From Candidatus Iainarchaeum sp. (lineage in GTDB: Archaea > Iainarchaeota > Iainarchaeia > Iainarchaeales > 0-14-0-20-34-12), in assembly GCA_030649345.1 (NCBI GenBank), contig JAUSKK010000042.1:14408-46407 (forward strand): a stretch of 32,000 nt of DNA, in the 5' to 3' direction. Both the position numbers and the translations under genes were made by a program. Below, piece by piece: positions 8,786-16,300 of the stretch (position 1 is its first letter; the number at the start of each line of letters is the position of its first letter). Under the pieces are notes generated by a model. The model was not told the origin of the DNA. It saw nothing but the letters and a program-made list of their open reading frames with translations, and made no database searches.

Positions 8786-9049
8786 ATGGCTAATAAAAAA
8801 ATTCGGATCACGCAAGAAGCCTATGATTTTTTGGCTTCACAAAAGCGCGAAAATGAAAGTTTCAGTCAAGTAATAATTCGAATATATTCTATGGATCCTG
8901 CTGGACAAAAAATGGATAATCTTAAAATTGCAGACCGGCTAGTGCAAAAAAGCCAGCTAACAAAAAAAGACGTACAAAAGCTCAGCAAAAAAGTAAACCA
9001 AGCTGCTGGAAAACATGCAAAAAAATTATTAAAAAGTTTAAAAAACTAA
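8786..9049 (+). CDS. COG1753/PF02697-type antitoxin-like protein (87 aa) with no adjacent PIN partner
   Basis: The ATG at 8786 gives MANKKIRITQEAYDFLASQKRENESFSQVIIRI. This is collinear with the VapB at 24052 (MAKLIAVSEPAYQELKNLKKENESFSKVILRL). The Lys-rich C-terminal tail differs. The track ORF 8705..9049 looks like an N-terminal over-extension. Confidence 0.6.
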   Translation: MANKKIRITQEAYDFLASQKRENESFSQVIIRIYSMDPAGQKMDNLKIADRLVQKSQLTKKDVQKLSKKVNQAAGKHAKKLLKSLKN

Positions 9050-9059
9050 TTCTAAAAAA

Positions 9060-9671
9060 TTAGCAGGTTTGTCTTAATTGATTAATGCCTGTTTGAGATT
9101 GAGCTAAATTATCCTGCAATACTTGTTCGTCTACAATAAAATTAGAAACTTCAGCGGTTACAGCTTGCGCAGGATAAGCCGATTGAATGGCTTGAACTTT
9201 AGCATTGACAGCCAAAGACTTATTCACAGTCTCAACTGTCTTGGCATGGGTTTGTTCAAACAAACTTAAACTCGGACACGGATTGGAAATAACTGCATCC
9301 AATTGATTGCTGGCTTTCAAAGAATTATATCTTGCTTGAGTTGAGTCAACCAACAATAAATGCAAATCAGTTAATTCTAAAATCGCTTGTTTGTCTTGTT
9401 CGTTTACAAATTTTTTTCCAGAAATTTCTGTTTTAAAATCCTGCAAAGCTTGCTTGACTTCCGTAAAATTTTCATTAGAGTATTCCAATAATTGTTCTCC
9501 GATTACAGCAAAACTAAAACTTCGGGTAATTCGAATATTATCCAATTGGTCAAATGCATTTGTAAAAGTCAACGGAGGTACTGGAAGAGTTTGAGCTGGC
9601 TGGAATACAAATACATAAGCCAAAACAGCGACTACAACTAAAACCAATAAGATTGCGAATTTGTTTGCCAT
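9060..9671 (-). CDS. Membrane-anchored coiled-coil protein, paralog A (203 aa)
   Basis: ATG at 9671. Single N-terminal TM segment (FAILLVLVVVAVLAYVFVF), then a Gln/Leu-rich helical region. Two Cys (NPCPSL and the C-terminal RQTC). Collinear with 17252..17848. Confidence 0.8.
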   Translation of the reverse strand: MANKFAILLVLVVVAVLAYVFVFQPAQTLPVPPLTFTNAFDQLDNIRITRSFSFAVIGEQLLEYSNENFTEVKQALQDFKTEISGKKFVNEQDKQAILELTDLHLLLVDSTQARYNSLKASNQLDAVISNPCPSLSLFEQTHAKTVETVNKSLAVNAKVQAIQSAYPAQAVTAEVSNFIVDEQVLQDNLAQSQTGINQLRQTC

Positions 9672-9692
9672 AATAACTGTAATTATTAGAGT

Positions 9693-9716
9693 AAACTTAT
9701 TTTTAAAGCTTGGGTT
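9693..9716 (-). promoter_or_regulatory. BRE/TATA-like promoter for paralog A; one copy of a perfect 24-bp direct repeat
   Basis: Minus strand reads AACCCAAGCTTTAAAAATAAGTTT. The TATA-like core ends 24 nt upstream of the ATG at 9671. Identical 24-mer at 10363..10386. Confidence 0.5.
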
Positions 9717-9729
9717 GGGAACCCGAATA

Positions 9730-10101
9730 TTAGCCTATTTTTTCTTTAATTTTACGATATGCGTACTCATCTGCCTTTGCATGAAACATTGATTTAAAGG
9801 TCCAAATTATTTTCCCCGACTTCAATCGGTCAGTAAAGAAAGCCGTTACAATAAATGGATCTTTGGACAATACTTTAACAACTACCACCAGATACTTTTC
9901 ACCTACGGGTGTTTTAGGATAAAGCCGATAAAGTAAATGAATTGTTGGATCGTAACTGCTTTCTCGAATTTCTTCTGGATCGAACAAAACCTGTCGGATT
10001 TTATTAAACTGATTTTTGAGTTCTGGTTTTTTCAAAATATGAAGTTTTCGTTCGCTAGTTAAACGAAATAATTTTCCGAAACGGTCTTTCAAAAACTGCA
10101 T
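9730..10101 (-). CDS. Putative toxin (barnase/EndoU/RelE-like fold suspected), partner of the DUF2283-like gene
   Basis: ATG is 1 nt after the upstream stop (TAACATG). Pattern LHILKKPEL ... IRESSYDP ... KYLVVVVKV ... FIVTAFFTDRLKSGKIIW resembles small nuclease toxins paired with DUF2283. The family assignment is tentative. Confidence 0.55.
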   Translation of the reverse strand: MQFLKDRFGKLFRLTSERKLHILKKPELKNQFNKIRQVLFDPEEIRESSYDPTIHLLYRLYPKTPVGEKYLVVVVKVLSKDPFIVTAFFTDRLKSGKIIWTFKSMFHAKADEYAYRKIKEKIG

Positions 10102-10102
10102 G

Positions 10103-10345
10103 TTAACGCGCCAATTTTTTTAAGCGATTAAATTGCACTTGAATTGGAATCAAAATCTTCTCAGTTTTTTGCCCGCGTTTTTTTAAATTAAAAATAGCGA
10201 TTCCGATTACATTTCCTTTGGAATCTACGCGTTCAAAAACGTCATTTCCCAAGTCACGAAAAAAGCCTTTCCGATTAGAAGCTGAAAATTCCAAAAAGTC
10301 ACTTTCAGTATCCAACCAAACTTGAAGTTTTCCATTCGCTTTCAT
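10103..10345 (-). CDS. DUF2283-family (YuzE-like) antitoxin-like protein (80 aa)
   Basis: MKANGKLQVWLDTESDFLEFS...VFERVDSKGNVIGIAIFNLKK matches the DUF2283 pattern (...y d.e.D.lyi......vv.Dld.eG.vvGIEIl..s). The track start at 10363 is TTG; the first ATG is at 10345. Confidence 0.7.
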   Translation of the reverse strand: MKANGKLQVWLDTESDFLEFSASNRKGFFRDLGNDVFERVDSKGNVIGIAIFNLKKRGQKTEKILIPIQVQFNRLKKLAR

Positions 10346-10362
10346 AGTTATATTATACAACA

Positions 10363-10386
10363 AAACTTATTTTTAAAGCTTGGGTT
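10363..10386 (-). promoter_or_regulatory. BRE/TATA-like promoter for the DUF2283 cassette; second copy of the 24-bp direct repeat
   Basis: Identical to 9693..9716. It abuts and overlaps the first base of the stop codon of the 2285-aa gene (10386..10388). The TATA-like core lies about 20-33 nt upstream of the ATG at 10345. Confidence 0.5.
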
Positions 10387-13300
10387 TATTTCAAACCAGT
10401 CTTACGCCAACTGGTTTCAGCTAAAACAAGACCGCGTACATCGCTGGCTACAACTTTAACAAAATAATCTTGGGTTCGGTCAGGCAAAACAAAACTATAG
10501 TCTGTTTCGTTCAAAAATTGATTTTCAATTTTGCACGCCCCTTCAACATTTGAATTCAAAGTACGCAATGATTGACCACGCTTCAAGTTCCGTAAAAGCA
10601 ATGCTTGAATGTCTTGCTCGGTTAATTGAGGCGTAGTATGACACCACCAGATGTCATAATTAATATTTTCTTCTGGATTCCAGGCAGTCCAATACAAAGA
10701 CACAGTAAACTGAGTTGGATCACTTGCAATGGATTCAACATTCAAAGTAGTAATATTCAAGCTGGCTTGTTTGCGTTCAATAAATAAACTGCGAATAATG
10801 TTTTCATTTCCGTATTGAATACATTGCAACAAAGAAGTACATTGTCTTTTTTGTTTAAATTCATAGGGCAATTCAATAATGGAAGAATGCGTCCAATCTG
10901 AACCATTTGGTTTACAGCCTAATTTTGGACAAATGGAAACACTTAACCACAAATTAGGTTCAGTGTAATCTTTCAATGCTTGTTCTAACGTTTTGATTTC
11001 GTTTCCAATTTTTACATTCTGCGTTGGACTATACTTGAATGTTTTAATTTGTTCTTGGTTTGCTTGAATTGCTTTGGGGGGTGAAGAAATAAATTGCTGT
11101 AAATTTAGTCTATCCGCGCCCCAGTTTCTTTCAGCAGTTTTCCATAAATCAATAGAGTAATTGTAAAAATCACACGTTGAATTGAATTGGATTTTCAATT
11201 CTTGTTCTTGAGATAATTTTCCAGTCAAATTATTTAATTCAGAAACATTTGTGATTGTGACAGTACAAGAAGAATTTTCTGAATTGACTTGGGTTGGAGC
11301 TTGAACAAAGTCTGAAACTTTTAAGGTTTCTTTAATATCTGAATCTATTTTGGCTGAATCTACAACACGCAAGGCTTGAATTTTGTAAAATAAATTACCA
11401 GAAGCAGAATTATGCACAGATTCTGTTTCAGTAGTTCGAGTGAGTTCAGTTAGCTTATCATCACTGCAGTTTTCAACACTAGATTCAGTACAAACCAAAA
11501 CAGAATATTGGTTGGCTAAAGGAACTGTTGGCCAACGTAATTCAACAATTAAGCTATGAGTTCGTTTGGCTTTGACAATAAAAGCTAAATCATTTAATTG
11601 TTCTCGCAATGTTTGACAGCGTTCTCTGATTTTTTGTTTCACGTCATCATTGCCAGTAATTGCGGCCAGTTGTTCTTCTAGGTTTAAAGGACACGAATCC
11701 AGTAAACCCAATAATAAAGCGCGTTGTTCTTCCGGCAAACTTAATGCACTGATTTCTTGTTTTAAAGAATCAGCTGTAATGATTACATCCAAGCATTTTT
11801 CTTCTGTGGTTCCAGAAATGCGGGCACAAATTCTATGCTGGCCTTCTTTGAGTCTTCCAGTTAAACCTGGAGCTAAAGTAACAGTTTGAGATTCTGAAAT
11901 ATCAATAGGCTGAGTTAAATAAGATGAAATATTCAAAGATTGGCCGTCAGCAAATAATTCAACTCCAGCTTCTCCTATGAATTTAATGCTTCCAGCGTTT
12001 TCCAATTCAACACGTGCTTCCAGGAAAGCATCGGCCGCAATATTGGGAAAAGGAATTAATGTAAATGATTTAACTTTCAAGTCAGTTTTTTCTGCACTTA
12101 AAGGAATGGGTTGTGCAAAATTAATTTCTGAAAAAGTTTGCTTCCAGCCAAATACATTTTGAACATAATTCAGCAAAGAATCTCCGCCTACATCAGAGCT
12201 AACTTTCAATAAATATCCTGCACCTCGATTGCCATTGTAAGGTGTTAATACAAAATGCGCACTAGCATTTGGATCGGCACAATTCATGTGTTCAATCGGT
12301 GTTGTGCCCAGTCCTTGATCGGATGCAATGCTTAAAACTTCTACAAAAGAAACTCCAGGCAATCCTTCGACTTGTTTGCGTAAAATTGCTTTACAAGGAT
12401 TTTCTGGAAGTACGGATTCAGCAAAGTTTTTAACTAATTTCATGTTTCCAGTTAAGTTTGCAATTCCGACAGTTAAATTTTCTTCAGGATTTGTTTTTGC
12501 GGTTTCTGCTTGAGTATTCAAATAATAAAAAGGCAATTGCATTAAACCGTAATTTCCCATTTCTGGACTTGGAGATGAATGGGTTTCAATTTTGCCGGCA
12601 TCAAAAGAAGGATTGCGGACCATAATCATGGCGGCAATTAAGTCTTTGGCTTTATTGGAAAAAACATGTTCATTGTCAAGTGATTCACTTAATTTTTGAA
12701 TTGCTTGACCATATTTGATAGCTTGTTGTGCCTGGTAATAATCATACTGGTTTGAAGTTTTTCCTGTTTCAATCAATGAATGCAAAGACTGAATGCTTCC
12801 ATTAAATTGTAAATACAAAGTAGCTGTATTTGTGCTTAATCTAGGAATTAAAAAGTCTGGAACTACAGGCACTGAAATCCATTCAGTTACTGCAACTAAA
12901 ATTTGATCTGAATTGTAGGCAAATAATTTGTAAAATTTTACGCTTACAGCTTCATTTAATCCAATGGAATAATTTCGAATAACTGGTTCATTAATTAATT
13001 GAACTTGAGTTCCAGAACCGCACAATAAATCATTGGTTTCTTTACAAGAACTTAGTTTAAAAGATTTAATGGAACTATCCAAAACTGCTGGCAAACCAGT
13101 ACTCCAGTCAAAACTTAAATTTTCAGTGTCCAGCCAGCGAAGATTCATAGAAGCTTTTGGCACTTCTGCTAATTGAACTTTAGAAGAAGCCAATATAGGT
13201 TCGCGTACTTTACCTAAAGATTCGTGTAGTTTATATCGAATAGCTTGAACATAATACACTGGCAAAAAATCTTCGTCAGATAATTCAGAATCAGAATAAA

Positions 13301-16300
13301 CTAAATTGGTTTGAGTGGAAAGCAATTCAAAGTTTGCAGTATCCAAACATTCAGTTATTCCAGCAGCACAACGATATACTTCGTAGCTTTCAGCTTGCGG
13401 ATGCTTGCTCCAAGTCAATTGCATAGAATCATTCAGTAAACGATTTACGTTTAATCTAAAATCAAATCTGCTTAATTCGTCTCTTAGTTTTATGCAATTT
13501 GCTTTAATTTTTTCTTTCAATGCAGTGAAATCTGTATTTGGATATTTTCGTGTAAGGTCTAAAAATACAGTATCTAAATCACTTTCAGAGGCAGGGCAAG
13601 CAATTGTAAGATTGGCTAAAGCTTCTCGGTCTATGGGTTGAATCGGCAAACGTGCAATCTCCGGAGCTAGTTCAGCTATAGGTGAAGGTTTGGGAACAAT
13701 TTCCACTGCAGGCAAACAGGATTGAATAGTAGTTTCATAGTCTTTGACTTTAGCGCAAATTAAAATATTGGTTAAAGATTGAGTTAAACCTTTTTCTTCA
13801 ATGGATTCAGGAGTCTGCGGTGCTTGATATAGGTGAGTCAATAGTCCTTGATCCAATTTAACTTTGGCAACAGGACCAGTGTGTTGTTGGGTTGATTCCA
13901 AAACTGAAACCAATTCTTGCGATACCACAGTAGATCCAATGTTTAATTGAATTACGGCATTTTCTAAATTTACTGAACCATTGTTTTGAATTGAAATTGA
14001 AAATTCTTGTTCTGAATCTTCTTCAAGTTGGTTGCTTGCAGGAATTGATGAACTATTCAAAGTCAATAAAACTTGTCTGGGGTCAAATGCAGGCAAAGGT
14101 TTTACTGGAACAATAGTCCAAGAACTTTGAGCTATCACTTGATTGCTTGAATTCAGTGCTTGAATTTTGTAAAAATTTTTAACTTCACTTGCTGGAATAC
14201 CAAAAGTTAAAGCATTGGGATCTGAAATAATTTCTGGCGGAATTTGAGTAAGCGAACATTCACTTGCATTGATTTTGTCACAAGTTAAAATTTGAAATGT
14301 TTGCATTTGTGGTTTAAGTAAAAGATCGTATTGCCAATGTAAGCTTAAATCACCTGAAGAAATCCATTCAGAGCTTAAAGTCATATCTGAAACAGGTAAT
14401 GCTTGAGGTGGAACTGTGCGTTCTTGTTCGAGTCTTTCTTGTTCTTTGAAATAATTTTCAAATAAAACTTTCCAAGCTAAAACTCGAATGGCATAATAAT
14501 GATCTCCACCAGCAGTACTTTGTACAATTTTCTGGCCTTTTTGTGCACCTTTTCCATAAGACACACAATCTGTTCCAGCTGGACCCCAATTGTAGCCATT
14601 GACTGCCAAAGCTTCATGCATGGTAATTCCGTATTCTTCTAAGCCTGCAATCAAACCATACGTATTTTCGCATTTGTTGTAAACAGTAGCTGTTTGCTGG
14701 GGTTTATAGCCAGGGTATGCTGACAAGTAAGCAATTAAAAAATTGGTTCCTTTTTCCATATTTTTTTCTGGATTTTGTTTAGTTCGTTCAGTTAAAACAG
14801 GCCCAATATTGAATCCATTAAAGTGAGTAGAATTAAACGACAAGCGAGCAATATGCATTAAACCATAAGATTGCTGCCTAGGCTCTAAGCCTGCACTTTC
14901 ATTGGCTGAATTTTTTTCAAAATTGCTTTCTTGTTTAATCACTCCAGCCAATAATGATTTGCCGGAATTTCGAATTACAGTTCCAACTTCTTCCTGCAAA
15001 CGTGCTCCATGTAAAATCACTAAATCGCGCACTTGTTTGGATGCATGGGTCCAAGTGCGTTCCACATTTTCTGAAGTAAAAGTTCCTCCAGCAAATGGTC
15101 CACTGCGAATAATTTCTCGAATAACTGTATCCAGTCTTTTTACTTTTCCATCCGGTGTATCCACGTAAACAATATTGGACTGCAATGTTGCTGGATCTGT
15201 AGCTGTTTCAACTGAACAAGATTTAATCGCTGGATCTGAAACCAATACTGCACAAATATTAATGGACCGGCGCAATAAAAACAAACCACTGCCGTGATAC
15301 CAAAAGGGCTCGGAAAATTCTTGTCCTGCCTTTACAGTTGCTTCGCTTTTTTTAATATCAACACCATTAATAGTAAATTTTACTTGGATGTCTTGAGATT
15401 GTAAAGAATTCAATTGAGCCCGCATGGAAAACTTTTGGCCTGGAACAATTATTTCCGGCGCCAAAACAACAGCTTGAATAGCCAAAGGAGGAATTGCAAC
15501 TTGAACAGTTAATGGACCAGTGCAAAATTCTTGGTCTGGATTTTTAATTTGAGCACACAATTCATAACTTCCTGAAGTTACGGAAGGCAAAGTGCTTAGA
15601 TCAATACTGGAAGGAACACCAACTTGTTTTTGAGCTTCAAGTGTATCCATTTCATAACTGGCTAATTGAGCACGAACTGTTCCTTCTTTTTTCAAAACTA
15701 AATTTACTTGCGGAGTCACAGAATTTTCAGTTAAATTTTTCACAGTAGTTGTAATATTAAATCCTGTTCCAGCTACAATGGGCTCAGTGAAACTCAATTG
15801 AATATCTAAAGCTTTGGCTGGAGCTCCTGAGCCAGCAGAGGCTGAAGTAGCTGAAGCTTTTTGAGCATTTTGATTGGCTAAATTTTTTAATATTTCTGCT
15901 TTGATAGTTTGAAGTTTTGCAGGATCTTTCATTTCAACTTTAGCCAAATTTGCAACCCAATACTTTGCAAAACCAATCAATGGAACTTTGCTGACTGAAA
16001 AAGTATAATCCAACAAACCATCGGAAACCGTCATGGATTGTCGACCAGTGTAAGACCACACGGATTGACCAGCACCAGTGTCACTTGGATACGGAACTAA
16101 AGGAAAATTAGGAACTTGAATTCCTTGAGTGGAAAAATTAATTTGAGTTTGAGTTGAATAAACATAAAATTCGTCTGGCGCTTGCAGACAATCTTGGCCA
16201 AAATAGTTTTCACAAACTGAAAAGTAAACAATAATTTTGGCATCTTCTGAAAAACCATTTTGACTTGAAAAAAATACTTCTTGAGTACTGAGATTGTCTT

